A model generated the notes under the pieces. The model had not been told where the DNA came from. It ran no database searches and worked only from the letters and a program-made list of their open reading frames with translations. Shown one piece after another: positions 48,307-58,251 of a DNA stretch of 64,000 bases (its first letter is position 1; each line of letters opens with the position of its first letter). Both the position numbers and the translations under genes were made by a program. Source of the DNA: Gammaproteobacteria bacterium (GTDB taxonomy: Bacteria > Pseudomonadota > Gammaproteobacteria > Eutrophobiales > Eutrophobiaceae); NCBI GenBank assembly GCA_965221695.1, contig OZ244905.1, positions 2,560,001 through 2,624,000 on the forward strand, given 5' to 3'.

Positions 48307-49203
48307 TTAACCCGGGTTTCTCACCGCTTCGGCGGAACCGGACTGCCCACCTTGCGTAATCATCCTGATAATGGCTTGAAACAGCGGGCTTTTCGAATTT
48401 GCCAGTTCACCGATAATGGAGAAGTGGTCGTGGTCGGCCACCTCCATATGGGTAACGGGATACCCTGTTTCCCTGAGAACGCTCGCATAAGCCGCAGTCT
48501 GACGGCGGAATTCGGCGGACTCATTCCCTCCGCAAGCGATGATGGCAGGCGTGGGCTGGCCGGATGAGTGAAAAATCGGGCTGTAGCGCCGAGCCGAAGC
48601 AGAGTCCAGTCGCAGCTTTTCATTAGGTTCGCATTCAAGCAGTGGCTCCAGTTCGTACAGGCCGCTGATGGCGCAGGCGCCTTTTACCACGTCAACGGGC
48701 AGACCAAACTGCTCCGGCCAGTCATCGCTGAGCAGTTCCGCGGTCAGGTGCCCGCCGGCGGAGTTACCACTCACATAAATCCGGTCGGGGTCACAGCCGT
48801 ATTGCGCGGCATGTTGATACAGCCATTTCACCGCGTTTCTTATGTCGGCCACGATCTCGCTCATGGTTACGGCCGGCGCCAGCCGGTAATTGATGGGAAC
48901 CCAGGCAATGCCGCGGGGAGTGAACTCACGGGCTGGAAAACGCCTCGGCTCCTTGCTGTTGAAGAACCAGTAGCCGCCATGGATGAACACCAGTATGGGC
49001 GCGCCGTCCGTATCAGGCGCGAAGATGTCCAGAGTCTGGCGCGGACCGGCAGGGCCGTAAGCCAGGTCCAGCGCGCCCGGCAGGGTCCGAACCAGTTCAT
49101 CGCTGAGCTGCTCGTAGCGGCGCACATGATCGCCCATGTCGGGTGTCAGGTTGGTCAGGTACTGGCGCCGCAGTTCGTCCAGCGGATAGTCACGCCAATT
49201 CAT
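48307..49203 (-). CDS. Alpha/beta hydrolase, arylformamidase (kynurenine formamidase)-like
   Basis: LDIF, FIHGGYW, GNSAGGHL, ISGLYEL, ES.EF, DHF. Confidence 0.8.
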   Translation of the reverse strand: MNWRDYPLDELRRQYLTNLTPDMGDHVRRYEQLSDELVRTLPGALDLAYGPAGPRQTLDIFAPDTDGAPILVFIHGGYWFFNSKEPRRFPAREFTPRGIAWVPINYRLAPAVTMSEIVADIRNAVKWLYQHAAQYGCDPDRIYVSGNSAGGHLTAELLSDDWPEQFGLPVDVVKGACAISGLYELEPLLECEPNEKLRLDSASARRYSPIFHSSGQPTPAIIACGGNESAEFRRQTAAYASVLRETGYPVTHMEVADHDHFSIIGELANSKSPLFQAIIRMITQGGQSGSAEAVRNPG

Positions 49204-49513
49204 TCTTCATCTCCTCGGGTACACGTCAGGATCAAAACAGTATTTGGCTATTTATTCAAGCGTTTCTCTTGGGCTCGTGGAGGTCTCACGCGCGTCAATC
49301 GGCCGGTAGTCGGGCATGCGACGGGTTGGCCGTCCGCACGCGGGCGAGACCCAGGGGGAACATGCTGTCAAGTCACAAGCCGCTCATGTAATGGGTCGTC
49401 TGTAAGACGACTTATTGTATAATCCCCCGGTCCTCCAGGGGAACTCAACAAATATGCAAATCCCTTTGTAAATATGGGACAGCCTATGAATACTATGATG
49501 TTCGGGCGAGGTT

Positions 49514-50662
49514 ATGACCAGAACCCGGAATAATCACATCGAAGACTACCGCGTCCTCACCATCCTATCGTTGTTGAATACTTGTGGCGCGGCCGTGTTT
49601 TTCTTTGCTCCGCTGCTGGTTGGCGGTTATGTAACCCAGCTTGGGTTCAGCAGCCAGCAGAGCGGCTATGTGATCTCATCGGAATTGGCCGGATTTGCCC
49701 TGGCGCCGATACCTGCCGCCATCTGGGTGAGAAAGATCAGTTGGCGCGTTACCCTTTACTGCTCCATAGCCATGGTCATTCTGATGAACCTGGTTACTGG
49801 TTCGCTGTCTGGTTTTTCGGCTTATCTGGCGGTCCGCTTTGTCTCCGGGTTTGCCGCCGGCGTCCAGTTGGCCGTTTGCATGGCGGTGATCCACAGCGCT
49901 CGCGACCCGGATCGTAGTCTCGGCTTCTGGTTCAGCCTGCAATTGCTGCTGGGGTCTGTCGGGCTGATCTTTCTGCCTGGATTGATTGGCGCCTTTGGTG
50001 TAGGCGCAGTGTTCTTATTGCTGGCGGTGTCGCATGCCTTGTTACTGATCTTCATTCATAAAATTCCTGATGGGGCGACAACCGGGCCCACGCCTGAGGT
50101 CAAAGCAACCGGGTCCGTTTACACCTGGGCCTTCCTGGGCTTTTCCGCGATCTTCCTGTTTGAATTCGGCATCATGGGTATCTGGACTTATTACGAACGC
50201 ATTGGCGCGGCTGCAGCTATCCCGAACCGGACCATTACCTTTGCCTTGTCAGCCAGTATTTTTCTCGGCTTTGTCGGCGCTAGCGCCGCGGCATACCTGT
50301 CCACGCGCTTCAGCCGCATCGTCCCGGTCGTGGTCGGCAGCGGCCTGGCCGTACTCAGCATGGCACTGTTGCTCGGCCAATTCTCAACCACCGCCTATAT
50401 CATCAGCGCCGGTCTGTATGGCTTCGCCTGGTATTTTACTCTGCCGTATCTGATGGCCTCCATCGCCAACGTAGACAGCAGCGGCCGGCTGCTGATCTTG
50501 TCCAACATGGTCGCGAATCTTGGTGTAGCTGCAGGCCCCGCCTGTGCCGCGCTGTTGCAAAGCGGGGAGGATTATACCCTGGTCTTATACATGGGGATAA
50601 GCGCCATGCTGTTGTCCTTGCTGTTCATCATACGGGTGGCGGCGCAGCCGGCCAGGGAGTAG
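49514..50662 (+). CDS. MFS transporter
   Basis: About 12 TM segments, W.YYERIG motif. Confidence 0.8.
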   Translation: MTRTRNNHIEDYRVLTILSLLNTCGAAVFFFAPLLVGGYVTQLGFSSQQSGYVISSELAGFALAPIPAAIWVRKISWRVTLYCSIAMVILMNLVTGSLSGFSAYLAVRFVSGFAAGVQLAVCMAVIHSARDPDRSLGFWFSLQLLLGSVGLIFLPGLIGAFGVGAVFLLLAVSHALLLIFIHKIPDGATTGPTPEVKATGSVYTWAFLGFSAIFLFEFGIMGIWTYYERIGAAAAIPNRTITFALSASIFLGFVGASAAAYLSTRFSRIVPVVVGSGLAVLSMALLLGQFSTTAYIISAGLYGFAWYFTLPYLMASIANVDSSGRLLILSNMVANLGVAAGPACAALLQSGEDYTLVLYMGISAMLLSLLFIIRVAAQPARE

Positions 50663-50824
50663 TTGGTCAATAAACCATCTCCACCGTCTTCTCGTCCCCT
50701 GCTTACACCATGCTGGGGCAGCTTTCACGGGCATGGTGCAGCGCACTGGCAAGTCAAAAATATTTATACAAATCACGCAGAAAATGTCTTGCCTCGCCTA
50801 GCAACTTCAGGTTAACTTGAACAA

Positions 50825-51451
50825 ATGAATGAAACACCAAGCGCAGGCATTGTTTATGTCTTGACCAATCCTGCCATGCCGGGTCTGGTCAAGATTGGGA
50901 GAACCGCACGCGACAGCATGAATGCCAGGTTGAATGAACTGTACTCCACAGGCGTGCCGGTCCCGTTTGAATGTGTTTTTGCCGCTCGGGTTAATGATGA
51001 GGCAAAGGTTGAAAGCGCATTTCATCGCGCATTCGGGCCATATCGACTGAATCCCAGGCGGGAGTTCTTTGACATTGAACCGGAGCAGGCGATTGCATTG
51101 CTTGAGTTGATGGCCGACGAAAATGTTACGCCAGACCTCCAGCGGGAGGCGGACGCCGTTGATACGGAGGCCAGGGATGCGTCGAACAAACTCAATGCTC
51201 GCCGTCCGAGTCTGAATTTTTTGGAAATGGGCATTCCGGTTGGTTCTGATCTACAGTTTTATAAACCGCCGCATGAAACCGTTCTGGTTGTTTCTGAGCG
51301 CAAGGTTGAATTCAGGGGAGAGTCAACCTCATTGACGGCGGCCACCAGAGAGTTGCTGGGTACCGATAATCCAGTTAATCCAACGCGGTACTGGGTCTAC
51401 CGGGGTCGGAATCTGCGCGACATTTACATTGAGACATACGATGCGCTTTGA
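50825..51451 (+). CDS. T5orf172-type GIY-YIG nuclease with additional C-terminal domain
   Basis: GIVYVLTNPAMPGLVKIGRT, R..ELY.TGVP.PF, E..FH, REFF. Confidence 0.85.
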   Translation: MNETPSAGIVYVLTNPAMPGLVKIGRTARDSMNARLNELYSTGVPVPFECVFAARVNDEAKVESAFHRAFGPYRLNPRREFFDIEPEQAIALLELMADENVTPDLQREADAVDTEARDASNKLNARRPSLNFLEMGIPVGSDLQFYKPPHETVLVVSERKVEFRGESTSLTAATRELLGTDNPVNPTRYWVYRGRNLRDIYIETYDAL

Positions 51452-51808
51452 GATTTTATTGTCAAGGCCGATCGCAATACGTGTTTTCACCCGGGTTTAA
51501 ACTTGGGCATAACGATGTCGGGTATCCTTTATCCTGTCGGGAATTCAGGAGAGCGTATGATGATGCATTGCAGACGACCGAAAGTTGATAGAATATATGA
51601 AGAGTTCAAGATGATCTTCTGTATGAAAGAGTCTTGAGATAAGTTTAGCAGAGAGTTAAATTAAGAGATTTACAGCCAGGGCTAAGATATCGAGTTTCTT
51701 GAGAGTTCAGATAGCCACAAACCTGAATATAATGTGGCAGGATTGCGGAGGGATCAGGCGCTTGTATCTGGATAACGTAATACATGAGATGTTCGGGTTA
51801 TATTGATC

Positions 51809-52579
51809 ATGAGTCAACGCCGCCGTTATAAAAATCCACCCATAGAGGAGGCAATTTGTGAATTTCACTTCAGCCCCGGTCAGGAATGGGATTTAACTAT
51901 TCCTGGTAAACTACATACTGAATTGAGTGATAATTACACAGGTAAGCCTCAAGAGCACAAGGTGGTTCAGGTTGGATTGGAAACCCAAGATGGCAAGCCT
52001 CCCAATCTTCGGTATGGTGAAGGTCTGGCGAAGATTCAACTGTTGACAGAAGACGGCACGAGGATGATTGGAGTGGGTCCGGATGTCCTTAGTGTTCATA
52101 TTCTGCGTCCCTACCAAACTGCTATTGATTCTGAAGCAAGTGGTTGGGATGAGTTCTACCTGAGGATTCAGAGGGCAATTGAAGCATACTGGAAAGTGTC
52201 GGAGCCGAACGCTGTAAATCGTATCGGTATCAGGTACATAAACAAGATTGTGGTCCCACAGGAGATAGTTAAGATAGAGAACTACATAAAATGTGCCTTG
52301 CCGAATGTAAGTGGATTACCAGACCATGATAGCTTTATGAGTCGCGCTGAGTATAACTATCAAGACAATGTCCAATTGATAATTTTGCAGGGGTCAATTG
52401 AGACGCCTCCAAATCGTTCGGGCTTTCTTCTTGATCTCGATGTCATCTGGCAGGATGCTGAGCCGGTAAAACAAGAAGAAGCAATGACAAAAGTCAGTGA
52501 GTTACGTGAACGTGAAAGAGAAGCGTTTGAAGCCATAATTACAGATCAGGCCAGGGACCTTTTTGATGCATCTGACTGA
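51809..52579 (+). CDS. TIGR04255-family protein
   Basis: YKNPPIEEAICEFHF, RIGIRYINKI, FLLDLDV, FEAIITDQAR. Confidence 0.75.
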   Translation: MSQRRRYKNPPIEEAICEFHFSPGQEWDLTIPGKLHTELSDNYTGKPQEHKVVQVGLETQDGKPPNLRYGEGLAKIQLLTEDGTRMIGVGPDVLSVHILRPYQTAIDSEASGWDEFYLRIQRAIEAYWKVSEPNAVNRIGIRYINKIVVPQEIVKIENYIKCALPNVSGLPDHDSFMSRAEYNYQDNVQLIILQGSIETPPNRSGFLLDLDVIWQDAEPVKQEEAMTKVSELREREREAFEAIITDQARDLFDASD

Positions 52580-53294
52580 AAGTCAACCAACTCAGCGCTA
52601 CGCACTCTCGAAGATAATTCCGAAGGCATTTATTGCAAACGGTCAGCCGGAGATCTTTTCTGGTAATTCTAGTTGGGTACCCATGACTAAAGGCTCATTC
52701 GCGGTCTCTTCAAATGCCGCGTCAGCGCAAAAAAGAATGAAGGAACTTGAAACTCAATTACTATCCTGTGAAACGTACAGGACGCTAATTGATTCGCCTA
52801 TCGTTGCAGGCCTGTTTCAAATGCATTTGAATTTACCCGCATTTGAAGAAACATGGGACCAGGGTTCGTTTATTAATGAAAAAGAACGAGCCCAACTTGA
52901 AAACAGGTTGCTGACAACCTTTGAAGCTGAACCAGTTGAGGATGGCATAGATCATCCGGCTGATAATATTATCAGAGATTTATTGGAAACCGGAGAAAAC
53001 CAAAACATTCTCGACATGTTGCAGGCTTTTTCTTTGAATGAGTCGTATTCAAGTTTTGCAGCCTCAGTTCTGCGATGTTTAGGACGCCAACCTCATCTGG
53101 GGACTGTTGCCTGGCGCACAACTCTGGTGCGCGATGCTTTGTCCATAAACGATGTAGAGATAAGAGACGCCGCAATACAAGTGGCTGAGTTGTGGGCCGA
53201 TAGAGAAATGCGTCCTGTTTTGGAGCAACATACTGAATCGGAGCCGTGGCTTCGAGACTACATCAGCGATGTGTTAACTGATTTGGGCGACTAG
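52566..53294 (+). CDS. Hypothetical protein with C-terminal HEAT-like helices
   Basis: Overlaps the upstream stop; AL...DVEIRDAAIQVAELW...E.EPWL. Confidence 0.6.
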   Translation: MHLTESQPTQRYALSKIIPKAFIANGQPEIFSGNSSWVPMTKGSFAVSSNAASAQKRMKELETQLLSCETYRTLIDSPIVAGLFQMHLNLPAFEETWDQGSFINEKERAQLENRLLTTFEAEPVEDGIDHPADNIIRDLLETGENQNILDMLQAFSLNESYSSFAASVLRCLGRQPHLGTVAWRTTLVRDALSINDVEIRDAAIQVAELWADREMRPVLEQHTESEPWLRDYISDVLTDLGD

Positions 53295-53298
53295 ATGT

Positions 53299-53814
53299 AT
53301 GTTTCTTGCACGGAAGATTACGCGCGCCAAGTGGGAGTCCAAGCCTGGTTTATCCGAGGATGAAATCTCTGCAGATGCAATTACCAGCGACCTAAGGACA
53401 CAAAATAACACTCTATCCTTCTGGCGATGCGATATTGCGGAACAGAATAAACTCGAAGAGGCAGCGCTAGCTATAGCTGCAGGACGTGATTCGATTGACA
53501 GGCTTGATATTGTTTGGTTGGCTGATGATGATTTACGGGAAGATGGTCAAACTCTCGAGAACACTGAAGGGCGTACACCTGCCATTGAACTGTCCAAGCG
53601 ACATGTTGATGTATGCAGACTCGATTATCTCAGACTTGGTAAAATTGCTTATTGCATTGTTAAAGCTTTGAAAGAAAACCGCTATCAACGGCTAACAAAA
53701 AACCATGTTAGAAAACTCCTGACATCAGCTGTGGGACAAGGACGCATCGACATTAATGATCTTGGGGTTAAAGTTAAAAAAGAATTACTGGAATTCCTTC
53801 AGAGAGAAAAATAA
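53299..53814 (+). CDS. Hypothetical protein, possible ADP-ribosyltransferase-fold toxin
   Basis: Third gene of a tight AT-rich cassette; N-terminal strand with Arg (FLARK), DLRT..NTLSFW, later HVD. The ORF is secure; the fold is inferred. Confidence 0.5.
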   Translation: MFLARKITRAKWESKPGLSEDEISADAITSDLRTQNNTLSFWRCDIAEQNKLEEAALAIAAGRDSIDRLDIVWLADDDLREDGQTLENTEGRTPAIELSKRHVDVCRLDYLRLGKIAYCIVKALKENRYQRLTKNHVRKLLTSAVGQGRIDINDLGVKVKKELLEFLQREK

Positions 53815-53838
53815 CGGCAAATTTATGACACATCCGGC

Positions 53839-55182
53839 TTAATCAGCCCCCAGTCTCATATCCTCCCGACCCTCCCACAACGCCCGCCAGTGGTTGACCA
53901 TGTAAAATGGTATGGACAGTACCGGCTTTTCATATTGCAGTGGCGCGGTTGATATTTTAATTCCCCATTCCTGGTGTTTTTCCTGGAGAAACAGGTGCAG
54001 ACTTTTCAGTCTGCCGGTTTTTCCCGCTTTTACTTCTACCGGTACCAGGTCGGTATCGGACTGGCAGACATAATCAATCTCGGCGCTGCTGTTTTTGGCC
54101 TCCCTGGCCCAATAATACAGCGCCGGTTTGTCGAAACAGTCCTGGCTGGCGATGAGTTCCTGTCCTACGAATTGTTCCATTAATGCCCCCCGGTAAATCT
54201 TCATAAGGTCTTTTTCCAGGATAATATCCGAAGCCAGGCCGCATAGATTTTGCATCAAGCCGACATCTAGAAACAGTACCTTGAAAAAACGTTCGTTGAT
54301 GTTTGCTCCGAGGGGCAAACCCTCCGCAGAGGATCTGATCACTTTGTGATAGACGCCGGCCAGCGCCAGTAAATCCAGAGCGTTTTTTGTATTTTTTGAC
54401 AGTTCGTCGGGGTCCACCCTGACGTATTTGAATTTGTGACCCACCTGTTGCACAGCGGATTGAAAGACCTTGCCGATGTGTTCCAATCGTCCGAATTTTA
54501 CATACTTGTTGAAATCATCCCGGTAGGTTTGCAGTAGTGAGGTCTGAATACGGCGACAGCGCTCATAACTGCCGGACTGCCGGTATTCTGCCACGACTTC
54601 CGGCATCCCGCCGATCAGCAGGTACTCTCTTACCCTGTTGAGCATCGCATTGTGAACAGCCGGTTCCGTGAACAAAGCCCGATCATGCGCAAGCGCTTCC
54701 ACTGCTGACTCCTGTCCTTGGGCAAGCAGAAATTCCTCAAAACTCATGGGCTTCATATGAAGGTATTGCACACGTCCCACCGGCATCGAAAACCCGCTTG
54801 CGTTCAAGGCTAACTCCAATAATGAACCTGCTGCAACCACATGAAGTTCCGGCGTTTGTTCATAAAAATAACGCAGGGCAGCAACAGCTTTGGGAAATGC
54901 CTGGATCTCGTCAATAAACAATAATGTTTTGCCGGGAACTACCTTTTGTCCAGTCAGTATTTCGACCTTGTTCAGTATCTCCTGAGGCTTCATGCTGTTG
55001 AATATCTCCGCAACCTGAGGCTCCGCTTCTAGATTGATAACGGCCATATCGGAGAATTCCTGTTTTCCGAACAGGCTCACGGAATAAGACTTGCCTACCT
55101 GGCGCGCGCCACGAATTAATAACGGCTTGCGTCGGGAATCATTTCGCCAACCTCGCAGCACAGCATCAATAGAACGCTTCAT
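53839..55182 (-). CDS. AAA_14 ATPase + DUF4143 protein
   Basis: GARQVGKS, FIDEIQ, AAGS, GGMPE, DVGL, EIDY...PVEVK. Confidence 0.88.
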   Translation of the reverse strand: MKRSIDAVLRGWRNDSRRKPLLIRGARQVGKSYSVSLFGKQEFSDMAVINLEAEPQVAEIFNSMKPQEILNKVEILTGQKVVPGKTLLFIDEIQAFPKAVAALRYFYEQTPELHVVAAGSLLELALNASGFSMPVGRVQYLHMKPMSFEEFLLAQGQESAVEALAHDRALFTEPAVHNAMLNRVREYLLIGGMPEVVAEYRQSGSYERCRRIQTSLLQTYRDDFNKYVKFGRLEHIGKVFQSAVQQVGHKFKYVRVDPDELSKNTKNALDLLALAGVYHKVIRSSAEGLPLGANINERFFKVLFLDVGLMQNLCGLASDIILEKDLMKIYRGALMEQFVGQELIASQDCFDKPALYYWAREAKNSSAEIDYVCQSDTDLVPVEVKAGKTGRLKSLHLFLQEKHQEWGIKISTAPLQYEKPVLSIPFYMVNHWRALWEGREDMRLGAD

Positions 55183-55390
55183 GGTTGGTGTCACCGGAAA
55201 TGAAAAAGGCAATATACTGCTGAGCAGTCAAAAATACAAGGTATAAAAAGAGTTTTAGAGACTGTAATACAAGGTAATAAAAGAGAGGAATTTTCGAAAA
55301 TACCGTACTGGAACAGATTTATCTGCATGAGCATGGCCGCGTCCGGGCAGAAATCCGGGCTCAAGAATTTGAGCTCAAACCAGAAATTCC

Positions 55391-57784
55391 TTATATCTTA
55401 CCCAACGCCCTCAATATTCTCTCCGGTGTGAACGGTTGTTCGGTCACCTCGGCGCCGAAGGGTTCCAGCGCGTCATTAATTCCGTTCATGATGGCGCCAC
55501 AGACCGCGATGATACCGGCTTCGCCGCAGCCTTTTGCGCCCAGTTGTGTCGCTTGGGTGGGTGTTTCGATATGGCCGACTTCGATGTCAGGCATCTCCCC
55601 GGCCATGGGCAGCAGGTACTCAAACATGTTGCCGTTCAACAACTGTCCGCTTTCATCGTAAACGCACTCTTCGTACAGGCTGGAACCGATGCCCTGAACA
55701 ATGCTGCCGCGCAACTGTTCCACCACCAGTTTCTCGTTGACGATGCGGCCGCAATCGTCCACCGCCCACACTTTGTGCAGCGTGACCAGGCCGGTATTCA
55801 CGTCCACTTCCAAGGACACACCGAGAGCGCAATTGGCATACACCATGAGTTGCTGGCGTTGGCTGTAATGGCGGGTCACGATTAGTTCCGGCTCAAATTC
55901 AGCCGGTAGCGTGTGCGTATTGAAATGGACTGTATTACCAATCTGCGCCAGGGACGAAACCTTCCCGTTTGTCTCCAGGTTGATGATGTCGCCGTTGCAT
56001 ATGGTGAGTATATCCGCCGGCTGTTCGAGGACTGCCGCGGCCACTTCCAGTATTTTCTCCCGCATCTCTGTCGCCGCCAGCAGGCATGCCTCGCCGGCGA
56101 TGGCTGTGCCCCGGGAAGCCCAGGTGCCGCCGCCGAACGGGGTGGTAGCGGTGTCGCCCATGACGACATTGATATCATCCCGCGACATACCCAGGACCGA
56201 GGACACGATGGATGTCACCACAGCCTCGCCGCCTTGACCCTGGTCGGTCAGGCCCGTGGCGCAGGAGATGTTGCCATCCGCCTCCAGGCGCAGAGTACAG
56301 GCGTCCCTCGAACTGATCGGCGCGCCGCCTGCGGCGTACAGGGCCGGGCTGGGCGAGGTGCCCTCTACCACGGTTGTCAAGCCGATACCCCGGTAAATGT
56401 CTTGCTTGCGATCCGCATCGCGTTGCCGGCACAATCCGCGGTAATCCATCATGCCCAGCAGCTTGTCCAAGGAGGCCTGCTGGGAGAGACACTCCAGATA
56501 CTCGCCGGAGATGCCGGTAACCGGGTAGGCGTCATCCTTGAATAGATTGCGTTTCCTGATCTCTGCCTTATCCAGTCCGATCGTCCTGGCGGCTGCATCG
56601 ACCATGCCTTCCGCCACCAGACTGGCAACCGGCATGCCTACGCCACGGTATTGGCCGGTACTGACTTTGTTCTGGTAGACCAGCGCCGCGCGGGCGCGGT
56701 ACTGTTTCAGGTCATAGGCCAGGGGCGTGCAAATGGCGACCAGCAGGGGTTCGATTACACTGGTGCGGGGATGGATCAGATAAGGCCCGGCCCCGGCCAG
56801 GTCGTCCACTTCCAGGGCTTGGATGGCTCCGTCTGTATTGACTCCCATCCTGGCTTTTACCCTGTGCCCCCGGGCGTGGATGTCGGACACGAACGATTCC
56901 AACCGGTCGGCAACGAACTTCACCGGCCGGCCAATCAACATGCTGATCGCGGCAGTGGCTATTTCGTCGGAGTAAACATGGAGTTTCAGGCCGAAACCGC
57001 CGCCGATATCCGGACAGATGATGCGCACATTTGCTTCTTTAAGGCCCAGTTGCCGGGCATAGATATAGCGTTGGATGTGGGGAACCTGGCTGGTGAGGTA
57101 CAGAGTCAGGTGGCGTCTGGCTGGATCATAATCGGCGATGGCGCCACGGGGTTCCAAGGTGACACCGGTTTGCCGGTTCACCTCGAATGTTCTCTCTATA
57201 ACCACATCAGACCCGGCTATGGCTTTATCCACTCCATCCGAATCGATGTTGATGGACCAGGCAAGATTCGTCTTAAGTTCAGGATGGACCAAGGGCGCAT
57301 CCGGTCTGAGCGCGGTTTCCGGGTCTGTGACCGCCGGCAATTCTGTGTAATCTACCTCGACCTGTTCCGCCGCATCTTCGGCAATAGCTCGTGAGCTCGC
57401 AACGACTGCCGCTACCGGCTCGCCTTGCCATCGAACCACATCCGTGGGCATGGCCGCTTGCGGCGCGCTGTTCATTTCCCCCAGGTTGGTCAGCCGCGCG
57501 TGCCAGGGGCGGCACACCCGCGCCAGTTCCCTGCCAGTGAAAACATGGTTGACTCCGCTTATCTTCAGCGCTGCCGCGGTATCGATGCCGACAATTTTTG
57601 CATGGGCGTAGGGACTGCGCACAAAACTGATATGCAGCATGCCGTTGACCGAGATATCGTCCAGGTAGCGTCCTCGACCCTGGACGAACTTGCGCGCTTC
57701 CGGTCTGGCAATATCCGGATCAACTTCGCGCCCCCCAGGTCTGGCGGCGTCAGGATCAATGCTGCGCGGGTCAGGCACCAGCAA
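55391..57784 (-). CDS. Xanthine dehydrogenase-family Mo-binding large subunit
   Basis: RSPYAHA, GGGFG.K, QYRGVG active-site loop, GQG, GAKGCGEAG. Confidence 0.92.
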   Translation of the reverse strand: MLVPDPRSIDPDAARPGGREVDPDIARPEARKFVQGRGRYLDDISVNGMLHISFVRSPYAHAKIVGIDTAAALKISGVNHVFTGRELARVCRPWHARLTNLGEMNSAPQAAMPTDVVRWQGEPVAAVVASSRAIAEDAAEQVEVDYTELPAVTDPETALRPDAPLVHPELKTNLAWSINIDSDGVDKAIAGSDVVIERTFEVNRQTGVTLEPRGAIADYDPARRHLTLYLTSQVPHIQRYIYARQLGLKEANVRIICPDIGGGFGLKLHVYSDEIATAAISMLIGRPVKFVADRLESFVSDIHARGHRVKARMGVNTDGAIQALEVDDLAGAGPYLIHPRTSVIEPLLVAICTPLAYDLKQYRARAALVYQNKVSTGQYRGVGMPVASLVAEGMVDAAARTIGLDKAEIRKRNLFKDDAYPVTGISGEYLECLSQQASLDKLLGMMDYRGLCRQRDADRKQDIYRGIGLTTVVEGTSPSPALYAAGGAPISSRDACTLRLEADGNISCATGLTDQGQGGEAVVTSIVSSVLGMSRDDINVVMGDTATTPFGGGTWASRGTAIAGEACLLAATEMREKILEVAAAVLEQPADILTICNGDIINLETNGKVSSLAQIGNTVHFNTHTLPAEFEPELIVTRHYSQRQQLMVYANCALGVSLEVDVNTGLVTLHKVWAVDDCGRIVNEKLVVEQLRGSIVQGIGSSLYEECVYDESGQLLNGNMFEYLLPMAGEMPDIEVGHIETPTQATQLGAKGCGEAGIIAVCGAIMNGINDALEPFGAEVTEQPFTPERILRALGKI

Positions 57785-58247
57785 CCTCCGCGATCGCGTC
57801 GATGATGGCGTGATAGCCAGTGCAGCGGCAGTAGTTGCCGGACAGGAACTCCCGGATCGCGGCCCGGTCTGTGCCGCCGCCGTTGGCCAGGTATTCCGCT
57901 GCGGTGATCAACATGCCGGGCGTGCAGAATCCGCACTGCGCGGCATTGTGCTTGAGAAATGCTGCCTGCAGCGCAGCCAGTTCGCCGCTCCCGGTCATGC
58001 CTTCTATGGTGTCCACGCGCTGACCATGGGCCTGGGCCGCCAGGGTCAGACAGGAGCGGGCAATGCGCCCGTCAAGGCTGACCGTGCAGGCGCCACAGAT
58101 GCCCTGTTCGCAGCCGACATGGGCGCCAGTCAGTCCTACACGGTGACGCAGAAAATCTGCCAGACTTTCCCGCGCCGGCGCATCGGCCTCGACCAGTTCG
58201 CCGTTGACCGTCACGGACACAAAAAAATGTGGCTCTTTATCTTTCAT
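57771..58247 (-). CDS. [2Fe-2S] small subunit (CoxS/CutS-like)
   Basis: CEQGICGAC, QCGFCTPG, CRCTGY. Confidence 0.92.
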   Translation of the reverse strand: MKDKEPHFFVSVTVNGELVEADAPARESLADFLRHRVGLTGAHVGCEQGICGACTVSLDGRIARSCLTLAAQAHGQRVDTIEGMTGSGELAALQAAFLKHNAAQCGFCTPGMLITAAEYLANGGGTDRAAIREFLSGNYCRCTGYHAIIDAIAEVAGA

Positions 58248-58251
58248 CAAG

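Noticed and set aside
51452-51800. AGAGTT-rich spacer as a repeat array or gene
   Set aside because: No regular period and frequent stops; at most a decayed remnant.
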